Origin: Camelus ferus
Lineage: Eukaryota
Direction: 5' to 3'
DNA length: 64,000 nt
Assembly (NCBI RefSeq): GCF_009834535.1
Contig: NC_045696.1
Coordinates: forward strand, 84,632,001-84,696,000
Shown in pieces: positions 28,515 through 40,692 of the stretch. Made by a program: the position numbers and the translations under genes. Below the pieces are notes generated by a model. The model made no database searches. It saw only the letters and a list, made by a program, of their open reading frames with translations, and was not told the origin of the DNA. The first letter of the stretch is position 1. Each line of letters opens with the position of its first letter.

Positions 28515-28786
28515 TTCTTGCTGAAAATGTATGCCCCTTACAGGAGCCTGAGGAAAGACTTTTACAGAGCGTAGGTGAAAGCAAAACAGAGACAATTTGA
28601 TTGGCTCTAGCTTAAGTTGTTACTTTATTTGGGAAAGCCTAACTGGCTATTTGTGATTGGCTGTCCTTAGGTTTTAATTTCTTAAGCTTGAGGCATTACA
28701 TTTTTAGGTTTCAGTTTGATTATGTAGGTCACTAGGGCATTAAAGCCACGTCATTCAATGGCCTCCTTGTTTAATGATTTTTAACA
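28515..28786 (-). mobile_element. ERV1 (MER4-group-like) LTR fragment
   Basis: Two 'tgattggct' (CCAAT) motifs and the terminus 'ggcctcc...ttttaaca', typical of reversed MER4-group LTRs. Confidence 0.6.
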
Positions 28787-28809
28787 GGAGGAAGGTGATC
28801 AGTGCCAAT

Positions 28810-29320
28810 GTAGCCCAGAGATCAACTGCATTAGTGGGGCCTAAAGTTCATGCTACCAACTTCTCTCTTGGGAATAGAAGCCCACTATACAAGCTGCTGC
28901 TCACCCATTGCTGAGAAGTAGGGTGGACTGCAGTGATCACACAAATGTGTGTCTCAGTTCTTACAGTGCAGGGACCACCATTGATAGCCTCAGGTGCTGA
29001 ACTCAGAATCCATGACCACGTTAGCTTTGAAGCTCTGTTTCCCAGGGTTGCTTCCAAAAATTAACTGGGTATGGCAGGGATACAAGGAGGGCTCATTCAT
29101 GTTAGACTGTAGAGTTCTTCTAAATGATGACATAAGACTGGAGAACTCCCCATCAGCCTGACTGTAACTTTCTTTTAACTTCTCTATGAAATTTCCTTCA
29201 CAGAATTTCAGACCTCTTCACCCCTCCTTTTCTGGCTTTCTCTCACTTGTTTTTTCTTTCAATAAATCTCTTGCATTCCTAACAGTATCTTGGTGTCTGG
29301 TTCTTGGAAACCCCAATAAA
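28810..29320 (+). mobile_element. ERVL-class LTR (LTR16/LTR33-like)
   Basis: The 3' end 'caataaatctcttgcattcctaacagtatcttggtgtctggttcttggaaacccc' matches the LTR16/33-type terminus. Confidence 0.6.
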
Positions 29321-32294
29321 CGTGCTTGTAACTTCCAAATAAAATTGAGAATATAGTTAAAAGTTTGACAGTATAAAATGAATATAAATATCTAAATCTT
29401 TATTCTTTAAAAGTCTGGAGTAACTATGGTCATAATACAAAATATTACAACTTACTGTAAAGCAATGTAAATAATAAAACTAACAAAAAGAGAACTCATG
29501 TTTTTATAGTCACTAAATGCATATACAATTGCTAAAGAAAATTTTAATGAAGTATATTAGAAAATAGCTCTCAAAATACAGTTGATTAAATAGAGACTGT
29601 AAATCATGAATGTGTTATAACAGATGATGGTGATGAGATAATGATGGTGAAGAAGACAATGACACGAACATCATAATCACAGTTCTTGGAATATATACCA
29701 AATAATATTTTTTATACTTTTAAAACAAACTACTTGTAGGTTTCTGAAATGAATGCTTATATTAGTATACAAATTCAGAAAATAATATCCAAACTTTCTT
29801 AGGGTCCAGTCAATGACAAAGATTCATTTTAGAATTCTTACAGCCATTATCTGAACTGGCCAAACATTGTCCATTGTGCATCAACTTTATTAACTTGATA
29901 ATACACTCAGAGAAATCTAGACATTTTTGTTTTTGTAAATATGATTGTACACCAGAAAGGACACTGATCTGACATGAATTTATGGCCTGGTTAGATCTAG
30001 AATAGAGTAGGTATTTCCTTTTAAAAACTGAGAACCATCAATAATATATGAAAAGGATATAAAATGATAGCCTTAGAATTTAAAATATTTTCACCTTCTA
30101 TTTATTTTATTCAATAGCAAACGTTCAATCTTTGTAGAGTAACTGTCATTTGTGCACCATTCCAAGCATCTGTGAAGCACAGAAACTGAAAAGATACACA
30201 GCTGAGGCATTTCATTTGTTAAGACAGGCACCATAATTAATGAAACTCTGACATTATGAACTTAAATTTGCACATTTTTAATTGAAAGAATTGATGCTAA
30301 TAAAGTAATTGAAAATTTTAAGGAAAAAACCCACATTAAGGCTTTAATTACACAATTTTTTATGGGTTTTCAAATTTACTATTTTTTTACTTTTATATAA
30401 CATCTATGACATAATCACCAATTTTTAGCATGTGTGTCTTGTATGTGTGTGTATGTTTAGTCTGTGTATATATTTATATTTTAAATTATTTCATGGAACA
30501 TGTTTCGTCTTGCAAAACCTAGGTATCAAGATTCTCATTTGATACACTAAGATGTGTCATTTTATTAAATACATTCCAATATTTTTCTATTTAGATATCA
30601 TACTCCTGTTTAGAAATGATCGATTATGTTGACCTATTTACTTGTAATAATTGTTGATATAGTAATGAAATAAAGTATATTTTGAAATAGTCAGTAGAAC
30701 TGTTCTTAAGTAGATTAAAATAATACCGAGATATGGTATAATAAAAATTAATATTTAGCAATGTAATTTAGCTAGCTCTAAGACTATATGACTATGAGGC
30801 CATAAAGTTACATAAACTGGGACCCATATGTTATTAGAGCTTAGACAGATATTTTAAACCCCAATTTCTTGAAAGTCATTTTCTCAAATGGTTATTATCA
30901 GTGCTTTATTAATCATAGCTACTTCCATTATGGATGTAAAAGGTAAATTTTCGCTTTTATTATTTTGGAAAGAGGCCTTTCATACATGACCCAATTAAAT
31001 TTTTTAAAATTATAAATAAAAATCTATCCTTCTATAAATAGTATAAAGTTTTTGAGCAGTGTCTATAAAAAACACATTATTTTCACATTTATTCATAATA
31101 GAGAAGAAATTGATATTATTTTGACTCAGGGAAGATGATGGAGACCCAATTATTTGTTTTTAAAACAAAACAGAACTGTGATTAAATTACGACTCAATCT
31201 TACTTATCCTTTCAGTATGAATGTATGCCCAAACAAAACATGTGCCTCTGCAACCACTAGTATAAATAAAAGTAATGAACCAAATAGTTCATTATTGCTG
31301 TTCCAACAGTAATAATGATTACCTAGAATTGCAAAGTCTAAGGAAAGTGACCATTTCTTCTGAGATGAAGAGACACAAACTAGCTCTTTTAATATATTTT
31401 GATGACACCAATACATGAGCCTTACATCCTAATTTATTTTTAAGTCTGTTGTTACAGGATTCGAAGAGTAAAATTATTTGAGTGTTTTCACTATCTTTTT
31501 TAGTGAGTAATAATATGTATATGATACCTGTCACCTCATTATTGTCTTTATTGGAGATTTTTGAAATTGGTAGATTCTAAATGACCCTTCCGTTTGTAGC
31601 ATAAAGGTTAATTTAAAATATCAAAATAGAATTTGCTGAGTCTACTAAAAACATCTGGTTTTCTTCTTCAATTCCCACTGGCCAGATTGAACCCTCTTTT
31701 GGAAAGTCAAGGAGTTGTTCGACTGGTTTAATCATTTTTGATGATAACCATCTCACAGTGAACAATGAAGATGGAAAACCAGGCACAATTCTTCATTCTG
31801 CAATGATGAAAGCAGGGAGCTCATCTGACGTTCCTTTCACAAAGTTTTATTTCACAAAGTTGTGATTTATTACCACTTTTCTTATATGAAGAATCTAACA
31901 TTTTCTCAGGTTAAATGGAGACAAATGTAGATTAGTATGTTGAAGCTGCAGGATGTATACCTCTATGGTATACAGATTTGTGATCTCTTCTCTGGAAATT
32001 CACCCTGCTAAAGGGATATGATAAAGGTCTGGAATCTGTGCAAGAAGTCAGTAGGAAGTCAATGAAAGGACTCTAAGACTAAAAAGAGCTCTCAGATTTT
32101 ATTACTTTAAATTTTAAATCAATGTTAGACATATCCCAGGATAATATTTTTTTTAACTGATCGATAAACCAAAGTACATAAATATGTAGATACTTCTTAG
32201 AATTTCCTTACTTCATAAAACTGAAGAAACAATAGAAAAAGCACAGAGCCTTTAAAAAATTATTGTATTCCTTTATTCAAGACATAGTTTCCTT

Positions 32295-32970
32295 GAAAAT
32301 TCTTTAAAAAACTAAAATTGAGTTACCATATGATTCAGCAACCCCACTCCTGGGTATATATCCAGAGAAGACAAAAACTCTAATTGAAAAGATACCTGCA
32401 CCTCAATGTCCATAACAGCACTATTTACAATAGCCAAGACCTGGAAGTAACCTAAATGTCCATCAAAAGATGAATGGATACTGGAATGGATATTAGTCAG
32501 CCGTAAAAAAGTATGAGCTATTGCCATCTGCAGCAACATGGATGGACCTAAAGATTATCATAATAAGTGAGACAGAGAAAGATATTATATGATATCACTT
32601 ACGTGTGGAATCTAAAAATAATTTTACAAATGAACTTATTTACAGAACAGAAACAGACTCATAGACATAGAAAACAAACTTATGGTTACCAAAAGGGAGA
32701 GTTGGGGAGAAAAAATTAGGAGTTTGAGATAACAGATACACACTACTGTATATAAAATAGATAAACAAGGACGTACTGTATAACACAGGGAACTATATTC
32801 AACATCTTGTAATAACCTATAATGGAAAAGAATCTGAAAAAGAATATATATACACACAGACACACATATGTATAGATATATACATATATAACTGAATAAC
32901 TTTGCTGTACATCTGAAATTAACACAATATTGTAAATCAAATATACTTCAATAAAACATATACATACCAA
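32295..32970 (+). mobile_element. 5'-truncated LINE-1 3' end with 13-bp target-site duplication
   Basis: 'gagttaccatatgattcagcaaccccactcctgggtatatatccaga', 'cagcaacatggatggaccta', 'acagggaactatattcaa', and AATAAA. TSD acatagtttcctt at 32282-32294 and 32971-32983. Confidence 0.93.
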
Positions 32971-34439
32971 ACATAGTTTCCTTTCTGCTTGACAGAGCAA
33001 ATAGGAATTGGAAATGGAAAACAGCACTGACTCACAACAACAACAAAAGCCAGAATGAAACATACATTCTAAAATAAGCAAAATTTTCAGAAAAATCATA
33101 GGTTCCCATGAAGGAAAGAAGTAATGTGAGAGAGACTGACTTCATCAGGATATTTAACTTAGAGGCATCAAGGGAAATATCTTGAGTTTACCTGCTTTGA
33201 CATTTGAGCTAAGACCTACATGAATAGTAGTCACCTATGAAAAGAGTCTTGTACACTGACATGTAAAATAATGCTCTTTTGAAATTACTGTAATGCTATG
33301 GGTCCATTCACTTAAAAATCAATATACATTCACAATACATGTCAATTTATTTACTTATTAACTATAATCCACATGCTTAATGATATGAAAAAATAGATAC
33401 AAGATACAGATACAAGAACTTTAAGTATCATTTACTGGTATTTCAGTGCACAATGTGAAGTTAATCATTCATTGTTAACAACAGTGGTTATAAATTCATA
33501 CTAAACTAGTTTCCATGGGAATTTCTAATTTCATCAAGTCTAAATACATCATTACTTTTTTAATTACGTTGTGTTCCCAAAGCACTTGTACTAGAGTCGT
33601 GCATAGTATCAGATCATCATTTTCTTTTTGTTCATTTATGTTCGTATTTTCAGAAATATATTCAATTTGTGGTTTCTTTGAAGGAAACTTTTCTTACCCA
33701 TTTGCCTATTTTGTGAGAGTTAGTCTAGCTAAAACATAGCAGTATACTTTCTAAGTCCACCTAACCAGGCATGGGTAGCCCTCAATAAATTACAAGTGAA
33801 AGAGTTGCAACAGAGAGGAGGCTGCTGTCAACCAGTAGAACAAGCTCCCCTCGAATTTCTCCTTTTCCTTCTTGATTCTTCACACAAACCACATGACACA
33901 TGCTGAGATAATGGACCAAGTGAAGGCCACAGGATCAACCTGTGTACTAAATGCTGGTAAAGTTTTTTTTTTTTTAAACTTCCAGATATAAAAATAGAAA
34001 CGTAAACTCTATTTTACTTATTTACCTCAGTGGATCACTTTTGATGCTCCTTGAGGAGTGCTCTCAGTGGGAAGCTCTGGTCTTTTTTATATTTGGACTG
34101 GAAGAAGTTGCTCAGGCAGCTGAGAAGCTAATGAACATTTTATTTAAGAAAATGTCTTATCTCAAAGTAATTACATTTGCTATGGTATTCTTTATTACTA
34201 TACAACTGAAACATCTAGGCTATAAATGCTTTGATGTACCTTTGGTCAACAGAAATATAAATAATAATGATAGATTAAGGAACTGCTGAGAGAAAAAAAG
34301 GTAGTTCAGGTGTCTGCTAGGTAGAGATAGTACTAATCTTGACAAACATCACACTTTAGCTTTTATCTACTTAAATTAGTAGCTAATTAGTCTGTACATT
34401 CAGTATTTAGCAATGTTTTCCAGTAGACTTTGCATGAGC

Positions 34440-35537
34440 TAAAATTAAACTGAAAGGCTTTTGCACAGTGAATGAAATCATTGACAAAATGAAAAGACAA
34501 CCTTACTGAATGGGATAAAATACTTGAAAATTATATGATCGATAGGGATTAATATCCAAAATGTATAAACAGCTCATACAACACAGCATCAAAAATATAA
34601 ACAACCCAACTTTAAAAAAAATGTCCAGAAGAATTGATCAGGCATTTTTCTAAAGACGACATGCAGATGGCTAACAGGCACAGGAAAAGATACTCAGCAT
34701 CACTAATTACCAGCTAAATGAAGATCAAGACCACAATGAGATATCATCTCACAATAGTCAGAAAGGCCATCATCAAAAAGGACACAAATAACAAATGCTG
34801 GTGAGAATGTGGAGAAAAGGGAACCCTCCTACACTGTTGGTTGGAATGTAAATTGGTGCAGTCATTGTGGGAAATAGTACGGAGGATTCTCAAAAAACTA
34901 AAACTAGAACTACCATATGACCCAACAATCAACTCCTGGGTATATATCCAAACCAAACCAAACAAAAAAAACTAGTTTGAAGAGATATATGCACCTCAAT
35001 GTTCACAGCAGCATTATTTACAATTGCCAAGATATGGAAGCAACTTAAGTGTCCATCACTAGATGAACGGATAAAGAAGATGTGATATATACATATATAT
35101 AGTGAAATATTACTGCAGCCATAAAAATAATGAAATTTTGCCATTTGCAAAAACATGGATGAACTTGGAGGGTATTACGCTAAGTGAAATGTCAGATGGA
35201 AAGACAAATACCATATATATGATATCACTTATATGTGGCATCTAAAGAATACAATAAAGTAGCAAATACAACAAAAAAGACAGACTCACAGATGTAGAAA
35301 ACAAACTAATGGTTACCAGTGTGAAAGGGGAAGGAGGAGGGGCAATATAGGGATAGAGGATTAAGAGGTAGAAACTATTATGTATAAAATAAACTACAAG
35401 GATATATTGTACAACACAAGAAATAGCCAATATTTTATATCTGTAAATGGAGTATAACCTTTAAAATTGTGAATAACTATATTGTACACCTACAACTTAC
35501 ATAATATTGTACATCAACTATACTTCAGTAAAAAAAT
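34440..35537 (+). mobile_element. 5'-truncated LINE-1 (end of ORF2 plus 3' UTR)
   Basis: 'aacaaatgctggtgagaatgtggagaaaagggaaccctcctacactgttggttggaatgtaaattggtgcag', 'gttcacagcagcattatttacaat', 'atcaactatacttca'. Confidence 0.93.
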
Positions 35538-35554
35538 ACAGGAAAGCACTTCAT

Positions 35555-36248
35555 ATTAGCTGTTAGTTAGGGTTGTCCAGAGAAACAGAACTAATGGGAA
35601 AGAAATTTATTTTAAGAAATACCACATTGTGTTGATTCTTATTTTGTAGTTGGCTTTATTCCTTTGATAACTATGTAAGTTTAAAAAGCTAAAGATCTAA
35701 TCTGTTCTTAGAAACATAATTAGTACATATATGTAAAATGAAAAAAAATGTGCAGTATACTGTATATATGTATTTACATACAATATAATGTGTATGTAGA
35801 GTTGAACTGTAATAATTCTACCTAATAAAACTGAAAAAGGAGGGAAAAAAAAGAGACAATGGAAATTAAAAAAAAAAAGAAAAGAAAGAAAAGAAATAGT
35901 TTCAGTCCAAATCCAGAGGCCTGAGAATCAAGAAAGTTAATGGTGTGTTTCTGGATCTGAAGCCTGGCAGGCTCAAGACCCAGAACAAGCAGGTGTTTCT
36001 GTTTGAAGGCAGTTAGGGCAGGAAGAATTCCCTCTCACATTAGGGAATTTCAGCCTTTTTAGTCTATCAAGCCTTCAACTGATTGGATGAGGCCCACCCA
36101 CATTAGGGAGAGCTATCTTTTTACTCTATCAATTTAAATGTTAATCTCATCCAAAAACATTCTCACTGAGAAGCACTGAGAATAATATCTGACCAATATC
36201 TTGGCACCCTGTAGCCCAATCAATTTGACAGATAAAACTAACCATCAC
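35555..36248 (-). mobile_element. MLT2-type ERVL solo LTR with an internal insertion
   Basis: 'gttagggttgtccagagaaacagaac', 'ccttcaactgattggatgaggcccacccacatt', 'taaaactaaccatcaca'. Confidence 0.88.
35622..35890 (+). other. Unidentified retroposed insert with AATAAA, A-rich tail and TSD
   Basis: Flanked by aagaaata (35614-35621 and 35891-35898) at a TTT/AAGA site. AATAAA at about 35824 is followed by an A-rich tail. Confidence 0.65.
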
Positions 36249-36304
36249 ATTAACCTTGTAGTAAAGAAAGGCTAATATTTAAAAAAACCCTTAGCGATCT
36301 ACAG

Positions 36305-36428
36305 AGGGAGGGTGTAGCTCAGTGGTAGAGTACATGCTTAGCATGCATGAGGTCCTGGGTTAAATCCCCAGTACCTCCATTAAAAATAAAAACTAACCTA
36401 ATTACCTCCACCTAAAATAAAAAAAAAA
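36305..36428 (+). mobile_element. tRNA-derived SINE, camelid vic-1 type
   Basis: A box 'tagctcagtgg', degenerate B box 'ggttaaatccc', body 'gcttagcatgcatgaggtcctgggt', tail 'aacctaattacctcc' plus poly(A). TSD cttagcgatcta / cttagagatcta (36290-36301, 36439-36450). Confidence 0.92.
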
Positions 36429-38318
36429 GTTTTTTAAACTTAGAGATCTAAAAGATCACAGTGACCCTCATTCTTGTCATATATTCCTTCAAAAGAAATA
36501 TTTTTTCTATAGGTGATATTACTATCATGACAATGACATTTATTTCAATTTATATAGCTGCTTTGTCTTTCAGCTGTGGTACCCCTCTTTGTATCTGACA
36601 GAAAAGAAAGGGAAAACAGAAGAGAGCCTCTTGATGATGGTGTTTGTTCTTTGGCATTAATGTTATTGTGACATTAAGAAATCATTCAGACTATTGAAAG
36701 CCAAATAGCAAAGAATTAGGTTTTAATCACCAGCTACTAATTCCTAATTAAATACACTCTGCTCTACAGTTATTCCTCCTTTATTCATTCCTCAAAATGC
36801 TTGAGTGGATAACATTTTTTCTACGTGCATTAAATCCTATCATGTCCTTTGGTTTTGTTTTGATTTTGTTTTATGGTAGCAGGGGTAGTCTGGAGGCTAC
36901 CAAAGCCCAGTCTGGGAAGGGTTTGCTCGCTGTGAGAAAATTATGCATCACTAAATGTACAGTCTAATGGTCTATAAATCATAGTGTGAACTATATTCCC
37001 ATATTAATAAAATAAATATAAATAAGATCAAAATAAGTAAAATACAGAGAAAAATGAAATAGAAATAAGAAAATACATACATGAGAAAAATACATTACTA
37101 TATAAGAAATTCAAGTGTATACAACACATAGTTTTTCAAAAATTTGCATTTAATGCTTATAAAATATAAATAATGTGCTAGTCTCAGAACTGAGTAATTA
37201 CCAAATTTCATAACATTGTTTTACTGATTCAATGAAAATTATTTTCACTCCTTCTCTCTCACCTGCATAGCCCATCACTCTTGTGTGTTTTGATTACAAT
37301 GCAAGTCAAAGCTATAACTCATGCTGATTAATATAAAGCTCTGTATTTTTATTCTGGGACTTTGTTACGTGCGTATTCTACTTACATTGAATGGATACCT
37401 CCAGGCGTTTTATTGTTGATATATATTTTTGACTTCCTACAGAAGAAGTCAGGTCAATCCAGGAATACCATTTTGCTATTACTATCCAACTTAGATTTAT
37501 ATGGATAAGTTACTATTTTTAAAGTATTATTTATTTACCTAGGTTTTTTCTTGACATTGAATTTTATCAATATTAGGATTTCATCAAAATTAGAATTTTT
37601 ATAAAGATTAAGAAAGTTTACTAAATTAAATTAACAATTGGTTATTGGTTATTTACTTCTCCAGCAATACTTTTTCCTTATGTACCCAGTCAGCTACTAA
37701 TTCTAATAGATTTTCCTTTGATTCAATCCATTATTAATATAAGTAAGTCCTATATTACTCTGCATGATGATAAGCATAAGGAATAAGACAAACACTCTTT
37801 CTTCAATATGCTTGAATTGATTAGTACTTTAGATGGTCATGTGTTTATAAAGACAGCATTTACACAGGTCCCAATTATAGTTATATAACTATAGCTTTAA
37901 CTCTCTCTATATATAACTATATATATATTCATGTGTTTTCATTAGGAAAGAAAGTCTGGGATTAACTTATTTTCCACATTACTGAAACTAATCTGTTTTG
38001 AAGGCCACATTAAAATAATTTTAAATGTTAAATAATAAGATTTAATTACTTTAATTGCAACTAGGGTTTAAACATTGGTCTACTAGCAGGTCAAATACTG
38101 AAATAGGTTGAACTCTAAGTATAGTCAGAGTAGATAAGTTATTTTCTTATAAAAAGATTTTATTATCCCACAAAAGATGTCTTCCCTTTTCTATACATGG
38201 GGATAGAAAGCTTCTTCATCTGAGCCAGAGTCCTGATTAGATAATATTGCATTAGCCATGAAGTGCAAACATTCTTGGGGAAAATAACATATTGACTGGT
38301 ATTCACAATGTCTTAGTT

Positions 38319-38442
38319 ATTCAGGCTGCTGTAACAAAATTACTACAAACTGGGTGGCTTGTAAACAATAAATGTTTATTTCTCACAATCCTGGAGGCTG
38401 GGAATCCAAGATCATGGCTCAGGCAAATTCACTGTTTGGTGA
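38319..38442 (-). mobile_element. MLT1A-like LTR fragment
   Basis: 'tgtcttagt...ggctgctgtaacaaaattactacaaactgggtggcttgtaaacaa...ctggaggctgggaatccaagatca'. Confidence 0.8.
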
Positions 38443-40320
38443 GCCTAGAGAAGAAATCAGATGCTCTTAGGGGTATGAGAAAGGGAAAGTTACCAACTTA
38501 AACAGAAATTCTCTGCTGATTCTTTTGATATCATATAGAAATAGTCCACTTTGGAATTTTATTTTCTCTTTGTCTCATAGATTTTCATAGTCATTACTTG
38601 GGAGGTAAAGTTATTCTGTTCATAATGATTGGCAAGATCAATGTAATATTTATCTTTGTTTTATGCATTGAATTGTATGTAACTGACAGATTTTGTAGAT
38701 CACACTAGCTTATATTCTCCCGAGCTCTCTGTATGTTTCTGTATGTTTATATGTAATACATCTGTTGCAGTCTGCAGCTCCTCTCAGAGTCATTTTCTGG
38801 TTTCTGTTCAGCAAAAGGGTGAAAGAAAAACAACTTAGAAGACGAAAATGAAATAGTTGCCAGGCTGCAGCTCTGAATGAGACTTGGAGGCTCCTTCACT
38901 TCTTTGAAGCAGCATGTGTCAAACTTGTTATGAATCAGATTCTTATATTCAGAATCAGAGTCTTCTCCGCTGACACAGCTGAAGTCAAAGCCTGGAGGGT
39001 ACAGTGCAAGATCCCTGTTTTGCACTGAAAAACGGAACACTTCCACTGGAAAGTCTTTTGCCTAAAATAATTGCCTCAGTTTCAACTGAATGCTGGGATG
39101 TAGACGCCCTGGAAGCCAGCATTCTTTTTTAGAAACAAAGACAATAAAAAATGTGATATGACCTTTTTTCCTTTTTACAAATTGCCTCAGAGAGCATATC
39201 TCCCTGTCAGTTTGCCTACCCACCTTCCTATGTCACCACCTACAACTGCTTAATGATTGAAAAGGTGTAAGACAAAACTCCTTACAGAACCATTTTATTA
39301 GGTAAAACAATCTTTCTTGAAATAGAGAACTGAGTTGAACTATGGTATTTTGCTTGAGAGGACTGAATGGGAGATATTCTTTTTTTAAAGGCTTATATTG
39401 AGGGATAAGTAGCTTCTCTATTTTGAAGGTAAATCTATCACATTCAGAAATTTTGGTGGTAAAATTTACATAATAATGTGGTAGGTTTGCTATGCCACAG
39501 TCTAGCCATCTTCCTCTTAGGTCTTTTTTAACAGAATTTTTAAAATATATAATGGAATTTCCCACGTGGATTATGAAAAGACATACATATAGGAATCATT
39601 TTTAAAATATCTCTATCAGTCTGCTTCTGTGGTATCCTAAGATTCACAAGTGATTTTTTTCTTTGAATTGTATTTGACAGATAAAACTCTGATTTAAAGA
39701 AACAATGACTCTTGCCTGCAAATTTAAAGATATAACTTGACCTTGAAGTGAATTTTTATTCCAGATTAAAGTTGTACTTAACAATAGTACACGTATTTAT
39801 GGTGAATACAGTTGTTCAATACTAAATAATAAAACAGAATATGTAAACATATAACAAAGAACTGGTTAAATATACACACACACATACAAAGCCTAATCTC
39901 ATCCATTAGTTCCAAACAAATTAAGTAATGATAATTTAAACATAATTTCATGGTATTTTGCTTTTAAAAGTGATTTAAACTTCAAAAAAAAAGTTCATCT
40001 AAACAGTCAGAGAGAAGAGGAGAAAAATAAGAGGACGTTTAATTAATACTTGTTTTAGGGATGCAAGAACTGAAGCACATAGACGCTTACCTAATATATA
40101 AAGCTCTGACAGCACGTACATAAGACAGTGAGTGCTTTGGTCCACTGTTTTCTCTGTTCACAAGATCAAATAAACTGTCCTGGGATGAAATGTTTTCCCC
40201 TTGTTGTAAGTGTTTGTGGAAATATTACTAGACTTTTAATATGTACTTTCACATTTGTTCCTTCCAACTGTAAGTACTTACCATTATATAAGAAAAAAAC
40301 AAGTTTTGGTAGATGTGTAC

Positions 40321-40692
40321 TGTCATGAACTGAATGTTTATGTTCCCCCAAATCCGTATGTTGAAGCCGTAATCCCTTATATGATGGTTTTGGAGGTGGG
40401 GCCTTTGGGGGGTATTAGTTTTAGATTGTGAGGATGGAGCAATACCCCACCCCAAGCCCACTCCACGGGATGAGTGTCCTTATATAAAGAGGGAGTCCTC
40501 TCTCTGCCATGTGTGGACGCAGTGAGAAAGTGGCCAGATGCAAGCCAGGAAGAGGGCTCCAATCAGGACCCAAACCTTCTGGCACCTTGGTATTAGACTT
40601 CCTAGCATCAAAAGCTGTGAGAGATAAATGTATATTGATTAGACCATCCAGTCAGTGGTATTTTGTGATAGCAGCCCTACCAGACTTACACA
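40321..40692 (+). mobile_element. MaLR solo LTR (MLT1A-like)
   Basis: 'tgtcatgaactgaatgtttatgttccccca', 'ggaggtggggcctttggg', 'ggtattttgtgatagcagcc...ttacaca'. Confidence 0.9.

Noticed and set aside
31738..31830. Possible C/D box snoRNA (TGATGA...ATGATGA...CTGA)
   Set aside because: There is no terminal stem, no clear D' box and no recognisable rRNA guide sequence; such motifs are frequent by chance.
36305..36378. Possible tRNA-Ala gene
   Set aside because: The B box is mutated, and it carries a SINE-specific tail, poly(A) and a TSD, so it is a SINE.
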